From assembly GCA_024276075.1 (NCBI GenBank), contig JAJRXX010000005.1:18664-82663 (forward strand): DNA of 64,000 nucleotides, read 5' to 3'. Position 1 is the stretch's first letter. Each line of letters opens with the position of its first letter. The stretch comes from Planctomycetota bacterium. Lineage in GTDB: Bacteria; Planctomycetota; Phycisphaerae; Phycisphaerales; Phycisphaeraceae. The translations under genes and the position numbers were made by a program. Shown here one piece after another: positions 19,805 to 28,496 of the stretch. A model generated the notes under the pieces. The model did not search any database, was not told the DNA's origin, and saw only the letters and a list, made by a program, of their open reading frames with translations.

Positions 19805-19892
19805 GGAGAGGTGTCCGAGCGGTTTAAGGAGCCGGTCTCGAAAACCGGTGTGCGGCTTTGCCGTACCGTGGGTTCGAATCCCACCCTCTCCG
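19805..19892 (+). tRNA. tRNA-Ser (anticodon CGA)
   Basis: ggagagg acceptor pairing with cctctcc+g, anticodon arm ccggt-ctCGAaa-accgg, long variable arm, T-loop gttcgaatc; 88 nt, no encoded CCA. Confidence 0.9.
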
Positions 19893-19971
19893 TTTACCAG
19901 CGCAAGCGAAGCTTGCCAATAGTCTAACGCGGGGTGGGATGAGAACACACCGCACCGCGATAGCGGGGCCT

Positions 19972-20028
19972 CGTGGGTTCGCTCCTCCGGCTCCGTGCCC
20001 CAGGCACGCAATCCCACCCTCTCCGTTT
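19972..20028 (+). other. disrupted duplicate of the tRNA-Ser 3' end (att-like remnant)
   Basis: cgtgggttcg (19972-19981) plus aatcccaccctctccgttt (20010-20028) together equal tRNA positions 19867-19895, split here by a 28-nt insert. Confidence 0.8.
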
Positions 20029-20094
20029 CGATATTTTAAGCTCCCACGCAAACAATATCGCTTTGCATGGATTGATCAAAATCTCCGCACAACA

Positions 20095-21648
20095 TCACCT
20101 TTTGCCCTTCGTCCTACGGCTCACCTGAAATGACGACGTGGCTAACGTTTCCCAATTATCAATCTTTGTTTTACGCTTATCCCGAGACAGCGTAGCAATC
20201 GCGGCGTCTTCGTAATACGAATCATTGTTGAAATGTGTCGTAGACACCTCTTCAAAAATAGCGCCGTCTAGCGTGTGAAACTTGTGCCAAACGCCTGGGG
20301 AGACGGTGATGATGTCGCCTGGCTGCAACTTTGAACGGTGGCCGTCTAGCTCGATTTCAAGGTCGCCGTGCAGCAGTTGGAAGGACTCTTCCTTCTTCTG
20401 GTGATGGTGATAGGGGTGTTTTTGGCGGGGTAGCTGGATGATTAGTTTTTTGCAATAGGAACGATTAATGCAGTCGACGATAACACACCCAAACTCGCGG
20501 AACCGTTCCAGGCCGTAGTGGTGCGAAACCTCAATCTTGCTCTTTGGGCTAACGGATAGCTTCGCGTCGTTTAGCATGGCCCGGGTCTGTAGAACGATTC
20601 GCGATAGCAGTTCTTGTTTTGAAGTATCCGTTTGAGCGATGGTCGAATCGATGGGCTCACCGGGCGCGTAATCACGATTGGCTGTCAGCCCCCGGCCCCA
20701 GTGGCTGGCGTCTAGCTGATGGTCCTGCAATGGCATGGCGAATTGGACGTTGTCGGTAAAAATTACCTGGCCTTTTTGGATAGGTGTCTTAGCCCAAACG
20801 CCACGCATCAAAGATTTGAGCGATAGCCGTTCTTCGGAACACCCCGGTGCCCGGTAATCGCCGCCACAGGCCTGCACAGCCCGTTTGTAGGCATTAAGCC
20901 AGTGGTCGATTTGTTCGGGCGTGGACGAATAACTGTTTAATTGGTATTGCTCGGTGGGCAATCCGACGTGGCGCTCGAACATGCGCGCGCCCAGTGCATA
21001 AGCGATCTGCACAGGTTCGGTGGCAGCGGGGTCTTCGTGTGTGGACCAGCCGATGGGAACACCGGGGTATCGCGATCGGAGCAGACGGATTTGGTTTAGG
21101 CTTAATTTATCGTTGGGCGTGGGGTACATCGCGACACAATGCATAATGCCAAAGGGCACGTTCCTGTGCTGGAAGTAGCTGACCAGGCGATCGATTTGGC
21201 TCAGCGCCAGGCCCGCGGTGGAAACGATAACGGGGCGGTTGGCTCTGGCAACACGCTCGACCAGGGGGCGGTCGGATGCGGAACAACTGGCAATCTTGAT
21301 GACCTGGATATCGAGGTCGAGCAGGTGATCGACAGATGTTTCGTCGAAGGGCGTACAGATAGTGGTCATGCCGGCGTCGCGGACGACTTGGGTCATCTTG
21401 GCGTAGTCATCCAGGCTCAGCCTCGTGCTGATAAAACGAGGGATGTGCTTGACGTCGTTTCGGTTTTTGTAATCAGGATGGATGAGGGTATCGAGGTGCC
21501 GGAACTGGAATTTCAGGCCGGCGCGGACGCGGTGCTTGTGCGCAGCTTTGGCGATATGATCGATAATGGCCAGGCCGTGCTTTAGATCGCCTTGATGGTT
21601 GTTGGCGAGATCGAAAACAAATAGACCTTCAAAATCAAACGCTTGCAT
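20095..21648 (-). CDS. NeuB-family ulosonic-acid synthase fused to a SAF domain and a C-terminal lyxose-isomerase-like cupin
   Basis: FVFDLANNHQGD, IKIASCSASD and GWSTHE (NeuB/PseI/LegI family); RGVWAKTPIQKGQVIF (SAF-like); HPYHHHQKKEESFQLLHGDLEIELDG...PGVWHKFH...FEEVST (cupin, D-lyxose/mannose isomerase-like). ATG at 21648; the track ORF starts at TTG 21660. Confidence 0.75.
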   Translation of the reverse strand: MQAFDFEGLFVFDLANNHQGDLKHGLAIIDHIAKAAHKHRVRAGLKFQFRHLDTLIHPDYKNRNDVKHIPRFISTRLSLDDYAKMTQVVRDAGMTTICTPFDETSVDHLLDLDIQVIKIASCSASDRPLVERVARANRPVIVSTAGLALSQIDRLVSYFQHRNVPFGIMHCVAMYPTPNDKLSLNQIRLLRSRYPGVPIGWSTHEDPAATEPVQIAYALGARMFERHVGLPTEQYQLNSYSSTPEQIDHWLNAYKRAVQACGGDYRAPGCSEERLSLKSLMRGVWAKTPIQKGQVIFTDNVQFAMPLQDHQLDASHWGRGLTANRDYAPGEPIDSTIAQTDTSKQELLSRIVLQTRAMLNDAKLSVSPKSKIEVSHHYGLERFREFGCVIVDCINRSYCKKLIIQLPRQKHPYHHHQKKEESFQLLHGDLEIELDGHRSKLQPGDIITVSPGVWHKFHTLDGAIFEEVSTTHFNNDSYYEDAAIATLSRDKRKTKIDNWETLATSSFQVSRRTKGKR

Positions 21649-21690
21649 TGCCACAGACAACCTTTAATCAATACGTAGAGACGAACCTCG

Positions 21691-22470
21691 CTACAGTGAT
21701 TTTCCGATCTCATACACCCGCTCGGTGTGCTGATAGTATTGGCCCCGGTGTGTATTAACTTGGTCGGGTCGTTGACAGAGGTAGGCTACACGCGTCTTTG
21801 CCAACACCCTGCTTTGTCGGTAATGACAACTTGATTTTTGTATGTTCTCAAAGTCCACCATTTCGAGCCAAGACCGTATCGCGAGGCTGCTGGGCAGGTG
21901 CGTGACGTTATTCGACACGTGGTATTTTTTCTTGTTGTCTTGTGAGGGTGGGTGCAGTATCTGAACGCAATTTTGGTTTCGAAGCAACGGCTCACGTGTG
22001 GTAGCAGATTCGATGACGAACCAGCCCCGCGGTTTTAGCAAATCGAATAGGCGTTTAATCATCCTCAGCTGTTCGGGATTGTGGTACAGGACGCCTGTGC
22101 ACCAGATGACATCGAATGACGATTCCTCAAACAAGCGGTCATACATCACGTTGGCTGTGTGGTATACGATTTGGGTGCGTGATTGGCCTAGCTTCTTGAG
22201 CCAACGCTGATTCGATTTTTCTTTGTCTTTTAGGTCGACGAGGTCCAGCCGCGCGGGCTTGAGCGTTAGCAGACGCTCTGTGTCCTGCCCGTCTTTTGGC
22301 CCGATCTCTAAAAACCTGCGGCCAGAGTCGCACTCGCCCATGAGTAGCCTAAGCTCTTCAAACAATGACTGCCGATAGTCTTGCCCGGTAACACCTGGGT
22401 GCAACCGATCCAGCGCAATCACGACGTTGGTTCTGAACGGCCGTTTGAGGATATTTGCTAAATGAGCCAT
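21691..22470 (-). CDS. class I SAM-dependent methyltransferase
   Basis: RFLEIGPKDGQDTERL (motif I-like), VIWCTGVLYH, LKPRGWFVIE. Confidence 0.7.
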   Translation of the reverse strand: MAHLANILKRPFRTNVVIALDRLHPGVTGQDYRQSLFEELRLLMGECDSGRRFLEIGPKDGQDTERLLTLKPARLDLVDLKDKEKSNQRWLKKLGQSRTQIVYHTANVMYDRLFEESSFDVIWCTGVLYHNPEQLRMIKRLFDLLKPRGWFVIESATTREPLLRNQNCVQILHPPSQDNKKKYHVSNNVTHLPSSLAIRSWLEMVDFENIQKSSCHYRQSRVLAKTRVAYLCQRPDQVNTHRGQYYQHTERVYEIGKSL

Positions 22471-22525
22471 GGTCCGGTGCGTCTCGGGTGTCGATTGATT
22501 GTCACTTTTTCACGACGAGGTGACG

Positions 22526-22645
22526 CTATGCTTTCTGTCCAATAAAGGTGTAGTGAAAATCACTGCCCTGACCTTCTCGATATCTGGCGTCGTAGTATCC
22601 AACGTGTACGTTCATGAACATACGAATTGGTGAAGCAGAACTCAT
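22526..22645 (-). CDS. possible 39-aa small ORF between the oxidoreductase and methyltransferase genes
   Basis: ATG at the complement of 22643-22645, 1 nt after the upstream stop codon (22647-22649): MSSASPIRMFMNVHVGYYDARYREGQGSDFHYTFIGQKA*. Below the ORF-track length cutoff; no homology evidence. Confidence 0.2.
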   Translation of the reverse strand: MSSASPIRMFMNVHVGYYDARYREGQGSDFHYTFIGQKA

Positions 22646-22646
22646 A

Positions 22647-23765
22647 TTATGGGCTTAAACATGCCTCTGCCACGTCTGTGATATTAGCGGGTGTGTAGGT
22701 GTGGCCGCGATGGACCTGGACCGTCTTGTTTACCTCGTTGGATTGATACGCAGCGGCTATGATGAGCATGGTGTCGAGGCCACGGTACAGGGAGACGGGT
22801 GAATCCTGCACAGCACCGCTTAGGATGTCGTGGACGTGTTGGACTTCACCTTTGAAGTCGTCGGGTCGGGACTTGGGAAAGAGTTTTTTGGTTGTAACCC
22901 CATCAACAGCGTGAATCACCGCGTCGTGGTTTGCGTCGTAGTTCACGTGCCACTCGAGTGACCCTTCAGACCCTTGGACCCGGAGGGTCTTGACAGGTGG
23001 CTGCGTGACGACGTCTTGTATGACGTATCCGATCAGGCCCGCGTCTGTTTTTAGGTGCAGTTGAGCGATGCGATCATATTGGGCGCCGTGGTCCTGGACG
23101 ACGTCCATCATGGCGTGCACCTGCGAGACGTGCCCGGCACCTAATGCGTGCGCGAAATGCTGCCAAATGTTGATCCCGTGGGAATGCTCACCGCAAGCAC
23201 CCCCGCCACGTGATGCATGGCCCAGGTAAGAGTCACTAGGCCCAGCCAACCAGGGGTGAGCTGCAAATATGCCGCCCCAGTGCTCGGTCCACCGAACGGC
23301 GATAGTCTGCGGCTGACCGAGGAGCCCGGTACTGAGGAGTTCCTGCGCGTAGAGCGTGTGCGGCGTGAGGACGTGGTTGTATCCCACACCGACGAATGCG
23401 CCAGCCGACTGCGCCTCTTCAAGGAGTTGATCGCAACCCTTGAGGGAAGGGTCGCAAGCGGGCTTTTCAATCATGACCACTCTGGGGCAATGAAGACGGA
23501 TCGCCTCTCGTGCGAGTGCGATGTGCGAGTCGGGTGGCGTGCCGATAAACACCGCATCGTAACGGCCTTGGGAGGCTTGCTCGGGCGTGGCGAGTTCGAT
23601 CGCGTCGTCCCATTGCCCGTAACGGGACGGATAGATCGAAGTGCGTGTGCGGTCCAGGGCCCCGGGATCGGTATCACAGATCAGAACACCCCATCCCCGG
23701 CATCGACACGCGTGGGCCAAATGATTGCCGATCGAGCCGGCACCGTAGATTTTGACTTTGTACAT
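22647..23765 (-). CDS. Gfo/Idh/MocA-family NAD(P)-dependent sugar oxidoreductase
   Basis: MYKVKIYGAGSIGNHLA Rossmann start, VFIGTPPDSH, VMIEKP motif. Start trimmed to ATG 23765. Confidence 0.75.
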   Translation of the reverse strand: MYKVKIYGAGSIGNHLAHACRCRGWGVLICDTDPGALDRTRTSIYPSRYGQWDDAIELATPEQASQGRYDAVFIGTPPDSHIALAREAIRLHCPRVVMIEKPACDPSLKGCDQLLEEAQSAGAFVGVGYNHVLTPHTLYAQELLSTGLLGQPQTIAVRWTEHWGGIFAAHPWLAGPSDSYLGHASRGGGACGEHSHGINIWQHFAHALGAGHVSQVHAMMDVVQDHGAQYDRIAQLHLKTDAGLIGYVIQDVVTQPPVKTLRVQGSEGSLEWHVNYDANHDAVIHAVDGVTTKKLFPKSRPDDFKGEVQHVHDILSGAVQDSPVSLYRGLDTMLIIAAAYQSNEVNKTVQVHRGHTYTPANITDVAEACLSP

Positions 23766-23949
23766 GGATGGGGTCCCGATCGAGAAAAGCTGAAACGGTC
23801 TTATCAAAGCCAGAGGCAATCATCAAATTCACGGACAACCGCATATATACGTAAATTACTTCAAATGACGATGATACGGACATTCCCCTGATCGCCGATG
23901 CGTATGACCTCTGGTCGGACCGATCAACTAAGCCTATTTTGTGTTGTAT

Positions 23950-24660
23950 ATGAAAATCGGCTTTCTTTCATCGATCAAGAGCCCGCTTCTGGGGTATTAC
24001 CTTCGCGGGTTTTTCGACCGTGGCGTGCCAGTCGAAGCGGTGCTGCTGGATGAAAAGACATTTTCCGCTAAGGAGGAGGGACTCTTCCAGGAGCGTACAC
24101 GTGGGCAGTGGTGTGTGGAGACGCTTTATGATCTCGAAAAATTGGCGGTTCCATTTTACTTTGTGAAGGACCACAACGGTGACGCATGTATCGATTTGAT
24201 CAAACGGCTCGGGCTTGATTTGCTTGTCAATGCGACGACGCTACGGATCCTAAAGCACCCGGTGCTTGATGCTGCCCCGCGGGGTGTGTTGAATTGCCAC
24301 CCTGGCATGCTGCCGGGGTATCGCGGGTGCACGTGTGTGGAGTGGGCGATCTATGAAGACCAGCCCGTCGGGAATACAGCACATTTTATGTCACCCGGGA
24401 TCGACGAAGGGCCTATCGTGTACCAGGAGAGCATTCGGTTTTCCAAACAGGACGACTACCATGCGGTCCGCCTGAAGGTGTATCGCCAAAGCTTGGGTGT
24501 ATTGGTCAAAGCGGTGCGTCGGATCGAGCGTGAAAACTTAACGTGTGCAAACACGCCCGCGCAAGCCCAGGGGCGGTACTACCGGGTGATCGACGACAAG
24601 AAACTACACACGGTGAAAGACAAGTTGAAAACGGGTTCGTACACCTATCAAGGTGACTAG
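23950..24660 (+). CDS. sugar N-formyltransferase-like protein (Formyl_trans_N fold)
   Basis: LNCHPGMLPGYRGC corresponds to the HxSLLPxxRG motif of Fmt/PurN-type formyltransferases, followed by GIDEGPIV. An alternative GTG start lies at 23941. Confidence 0.65.
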   Translation: MKIGFLSSIKSPLLGYYLRGFFDRGVPVEAVLLDEKTFSAKEEGLFQERTRGQWCVETLYDLEKLAVPFYFVKDHNGDACIDLIKRLGLDLLVNATTLRILKHPVLDAAPRGVLNCHPGMLPGYRGCTCVEWAIYEDQPVGNTAHFMSPGIDEGPIVYQESIRFSKQDDYHAVRLKVYRQSLGVLVKAVRRIERENLTCANTPAQAQGRYYRVIDDKKLHTVKDKLKTGSYTYQGD

Positions 24661-24680
24661 CTCGGAAACGATCGCATATC

Positions 24681-26294
24681 ATGACGCTAAGTATCCAACG
24701 AGTTAAGCGTATTGTCCGTCAAATCGACCCCCGGATTCGATACCGCATCGAGCGAGACCGCCGAATCCGATCGGCTTACGACGCCAAGCTCGATCAACTG
24801 GGACGAGCATCCAAGCAGCGATTCGAGGGGACGATCTTGGTCGACGGGAAGTGGGATAACCCCCACTACTGGTTTCGATATGCGCTGCTGCGTGCTGGGT
24901 TGGGCTTATCACACGGAAAGGAGGTGGGCCTACTCGGAGCCCACCGACGCCGCGAACAAACCCGGACGATGAAGCAACTGGGCTTTGCGGACGTCGTTGA
25001 TCTGCAACGGTACAAACCGAACCGTAAAATCAAAAATCTAGCTGACCGACTCATTGAAACAATCGGATCGCCGGACGATATCCTTCGGCTCAACCTTCCA
25101 TACGAGTTCCCCGCAGGCACGTTCTACGACTGTATTCTTAAGCAGCAGCGCCAAGCGTTTGTGCAGATCGATCACCCCGAGTTTCGGAATGCGTTGATTG
25201 AATACCTTGTGAGTCTTGAAGCCGCAGACGACCTACTAAAAAAACATCGCCCTAGACTCGTGGTCTCGAGCCACGCGATAGGCTCCCACGCATGCCTCGT
25301 CTGGCTAGCGCTGCGGCACGGCATCCCCACAATTATCCCGTTTGGTGACGTAGGCATCTCTCGGTTTTGGCGACCTCAAAGCAACGGAGAGTTCTTCGAC
25401 TTTTTTGACCGGGTAACGTGGGAAGAATATCTATCACTCTCGAAGACGCGACAGTCAACGGCACAACAAACGGGCAGCGCCTATTTGATAAAGCGTTTTG
25501 GTGGAGACCTATCAAATCTGGGCGCGCATTATGCGTATAAAAAACGGGAGCGTCGATTTGACCGAGAGACAGCGTGTCGGCAATTCGGCTGGGACTTGGA
25601 TCGGCCGATCATCACGGTCTACGCATCAAACTGGTTTGACTTCCCGCACTCAACGGGGATGAAGGGGTTTCGTGATTATTACGACTGGATGCTCGAAACG
25701 ATCGGTGTTGCTCGAAAACGGATGGACATTAATTGGTTATTCAAAAGCCATCCCTTGAACGAGTGGTACGGGGGCCTCACCCTGGAAGACGCGGTGGGAC
25801 CCCTGGACTCGCAACACATCCGCATGGCAGACACTAGCTGGAATGGCCTATCGATGCTCCAAGGCGTCGATGGGATCGTGACGTTTCAAGGCACAATCGG
25901 GGTAGAAGCCCCAGCGATGGGCACGCCTGTGCTGACTGCGCAGCGGGGTTGGTACGGGGACTGGCAATTCGTCACCGCTGCTGACGATCGGGATTCGTAC
26001 CTAGAGAAGTTGCGTACAAATTGGTGGGAGCAATCGCCTACCCAACAGGAAGAACGGAAACGGCGTGCCCTGGCGTTTGCGTGCTTATACTGGGCACGTC
26101 CCGAATGGCAAGACGGTTTTTTGCTGCGGGACGATAGCGAGCAATGGTCGCTGTATGGACCAGTGATGGATCTGATAGATCGCTGCCCCGGGCAAATCGA
26201 CCGTGAAATCGATCTAATCGGGCAGTGGTACGACTCGGAGCATGGACACTTCCATGCATACAAGATGCTCCGAACGTCAAAGTGGATTGTCTAG
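24681..26294 (+). CDS. KpsS/KpsC-like (Capsule_synth-type) putative ulosonic-acid glycosyltransferase
   Basis: 537 aa. LFKSHPLNEW and DGIVTFQGTIGVEAPAMGTPVLTA resemble the HP and TinStvGlEAl..GkPV signatures of capsule beta-Kdo transferases. From memory only. Confidence 0.4.
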   Translation: MTLSIQRVKRIVRQIDPRIRYRIERDRRIRSAYDAKLDQLGRASKQRFEGTILVDGKWDNPHYWFRYALLRAGLGLSHGKEVGLLGAHRRREQTRTMKQLGFADVVDLQRYKPNRKIKNLADRLIETIGSPDDILRLNLPYEFPAGTFYDCILKQQRQAFVQIDHPEFRNALIEYLVSLEAADDLLKKHRPRLVVSSHAIGSHACLVWLALRHGIPTIIPFGDVGISRFWRPQSNGEFFDFFDRVTWEEYLSLSKTRQSTAQQTGSAYLIKRFGGDLSNLGAHYAYKKRERRFDRETACRQFGWDLDRPIITVYASNWFDFPHSTGMKGFRDYYDWMLETIGVARKRMDINWLFKSHPLNEWYGGLTLEDAVGPLDSQHIRMADTSWNGLSMLQGVDGIVTFQGTIGVEAPAMGTPVLTAQRGWYGDWQFVTAADDRDSYLEKLRTNWWEQSPTQQEERKRRALAFACLYWARPEWQDGFLLRDDSEQWSLYGPVMDLIDRCPGQIDREIDLIGQWYDSEHGHFHAYKMLRTSKWIV

Positions 26295-26375
26295 ATTTTT
26301 ACGGTGCCAAAGGGCGTTTCCCAGGCTTGGGTGGGGTGTGTACACTCGGACGTGAATTTTCTTGCAGGCGTATAA

Positions 26376-27353
26376 ATGGGCTTATTTGACGACAAAACCG
26401 TGCTTGTCACCGGCGGGACCGGGTCATTCGGGAAGGCCTTTATCCAAACGCTGCTCTCGACGACGCGGGTAAAACGGCTAATCATCTTGAGCCGAGACGA
26501 GTACAAGCAATTCGAGATGGCGCAGATGTATCCCGATGAGGATCGCCTGCGGTTTTTTATTGGTAACGTCCGGGACAAGGAACGGCTGTACCGCGCATTT
26601 TCAGGCGTGGACTATATCGTTCATGCCGCCGCGTTGAAGCAGGTACCAGCAGCGGAGTACAACCCCTTTGAAGCGGTGAAGACGAATATCCACGGCGCTC
26701 AGAACGTGATCGACGCGGCGATCGACGCGGGCGTGAAAAAAGTGATTGCGCTATCGACGGATAAGGCCAGCAGCCCGATCAACCTATACGGCGCCACGAA
26801 GCTGGTAAGCGACAAACTATTTGTGGACGGAAACGCATACGCGGGTTCTAGCGAGACGACGTTCTCGGTGGTGCGCTACGGAAACGTGGTGGGCTCGCGT
26901 GGCAGTGTGATCCCGTTTTTCAAGCGGATCGCACACACAGGTGAGCTACCGATTACGGATAAAAACATGACGCGGTTCTGGCTCACACTAGACAAAAGCG
27001 TGGAGATGGTGATCCACGCGTTCGAATTGATGGCGGGCGGGGAGGTCTTTGTGCCGAAGATCCCGAGCATGAAGGTAATCGACCTTGCCAGGGCAATCTC
27101 GTCAACAGCAAAAATCAAGATCGTCGGCATTCGGCCGGGCGAAAAGGTCCACGAGGAACTAATCAGCATCAACGACGCCAGACGCACCATCGACATCGGC
27201 GAATACTATGTCATTCAGCCTGAAGTGGAATGGTGGAGCAGCAACGAGCGGATACAGGGCAATCCAGTCACGGAGGGATTCCGGTACGGCAGCGACAACA
27301 ATACGCAGTGGCTAAGTGTCGATGATCTGCGCGAAATGATTGAGGATGTCTAA
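26376..27353 (+). CDS. pseB: UDP-N-acetylglucosamine 4,6-dehydratase (inverting), PseB
   Basis: KTVLVTGGTGSFGKAF, LIILSRDEYKQ, FFIGNVRD, HAAALKQVP, STDKASSPINLYGATK: the FlaA1/PseB signature set. Confidence 0.9.
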   Translation: MGLFDDKTVLVTGGTGSFGKAFIQTLLSTTRVKRLIILSRDEYKQFEMAQMYPDEDRLRFFIGNVRDKERLYRAFSGVDYIVHAAALKQVPAAEYNPFEAVKTNIHGAQNVIDAAIDAGVKKVIALSTDKASSPINLYGATKLVSDKLFVDGNAYAGSSETTFSVVRYGNVVGSRGSVIPFFKRIAHTGELPITDKNMTRFWLTLDKSVEMVIHAFELMAGGEVFVPKIPSMKVIDLARAISSTAKIKIVGIRPGEKVHEELISINDARRTIDIGEYYVIQPEVEWWSSNERIQGNPVTEGFRYGSDNNTQWLSVDDLREMIEDV

Positions 27354-28494
27354 GCGACATTACCCCTACGGCCGACAGACGATCGATCAGAGCGATATCG
27401 ATCACGTGGTCCGTGTGCTGCGTAGCGATTACCTGACGACAGGGCCCGCAATAGAAACATTTGAGGAAGACCTGTGCGCCTACACGGGTGCTGGGCACGC
27501 GGTTGCGGTGAGCTCCGGGACCGCTGCGCTGCACGCGGCATATCACGGGGCTGGCCTTGGGCCTGGCGACGAGGTCATCACGTCGCCGTTGACGTTCACG
27601 TCAACGGCAAACGCAGCGTTGTTCCTCGGAGCAACGGTCCGATTCGTTGACGTAGACGCCCAGACCGGCTTGATCGACCCAGCAGGTATCGAGTCAGCGA
27701 TCACCAAACGGACACGGTTGATCGTGCCGGTCGATTATGCCGGCATCCCCGCTGACTACGACCGGATCAACGCGATCGCCAAGCAACACGGGTTGGCTGT
27801 GATCGCCGACGGCGCGCATTCCCTCGGTGCGTCGTATCACGGCCGGCATGTAGGCGTACTGGCGGATGCGACGGCTACGAGCTTCCATCCGGTTAAACCG
27901 ATCACCACAGCCGAGGGCGGAGCGGTACTGACAAACGACAACAAAATCCATCAGCGTGCAGCGGCATTTCGCACACACGGCATCACGCGCGACGCGAAGC
28001 AATTCACCAAACAAAATACGGGGCCTTGGTTCTATGAAATGCACGAGCTGGGTTACAACTACCGGCTATCCGATCTACACGCAGCACTCGGAATCAGCCA
28101 AATACGCAAGATCGATCAGTTCATCGCTCGACGACGGGCTATTGCGGGGCTATACGATCAGATGCTTGGAGGTATAGACGGGTTGACCGTTCCCGCTCGT
28201 GTGGAAGGTGTCGAATCAGGTTGGCATCTCTACGTGATCCGGGTGGCCAACGCGACACGACGTGGCGCATTCTTTGAAAAACTCAAATCGCTACACGTGG
28301 GTGTACAGGTACACTACATCCCGGTTTATTATCACCCCTATTACCAGGGGCTGGGGTATCGCAAGGGATTGTGCCCCGTGGCGGAGGACTTTTATGACCG
28401 CTGCGTTTCGCTGCCTATCTACCCGTCGCTAACCGACGACGACGTGGCGTGCATCGCGGACCGTGTCCGCCAAGCGGCAGGCGCATCCTTGTGA
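27346..28494 (+). CDS. pseC: UDP-4-amino-4,6-dideoxy-N-acetyl-beta-L-altrosamine transaminase, PseC
   Basis: YGRQTIDQSDIDHVVRVLRSDYLTTGP, SFHPVKPITTAEGGAVLTND (PLP Lys); DegT family. The ATG at 27346 overlaps the pseB stop by 8 nt. Confidence 0.9.
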   Translation: MSKRHYPYGRQTIDQSDIDHVVRVLRSDYLTTGPAIETFEEDLCAYTGAGHAVAVSSGTAALHAAYHGAGLGPGDEVITSPLTFTSTANAALFLGATVRFVDVDAQTGLIDPAGIESAITKRTRLIVPVDYAGIPADYDRINAIAKQHGLAVIADGAHSLGASYHGRHVGVLADATATSFHPVKPITTAEGGAVLTNDNKIHQRAAAFRTHGITRDAKQFTKQNTGPWFYEMHELGYNYRLSDLHAALGISQIRKIDQFIARRRAIAGLYDQMLGGIDGLTVPARVEGVESGWHLYVIRVANATRRGAFFEKLKSLHVGVQVHYIPVYYHPYYQGLGYRKGLCPVAEDFYDRCVSLPIYPSLTDDDVACIADRVRQAAGASL

Positions 28495-28496
28495 CG

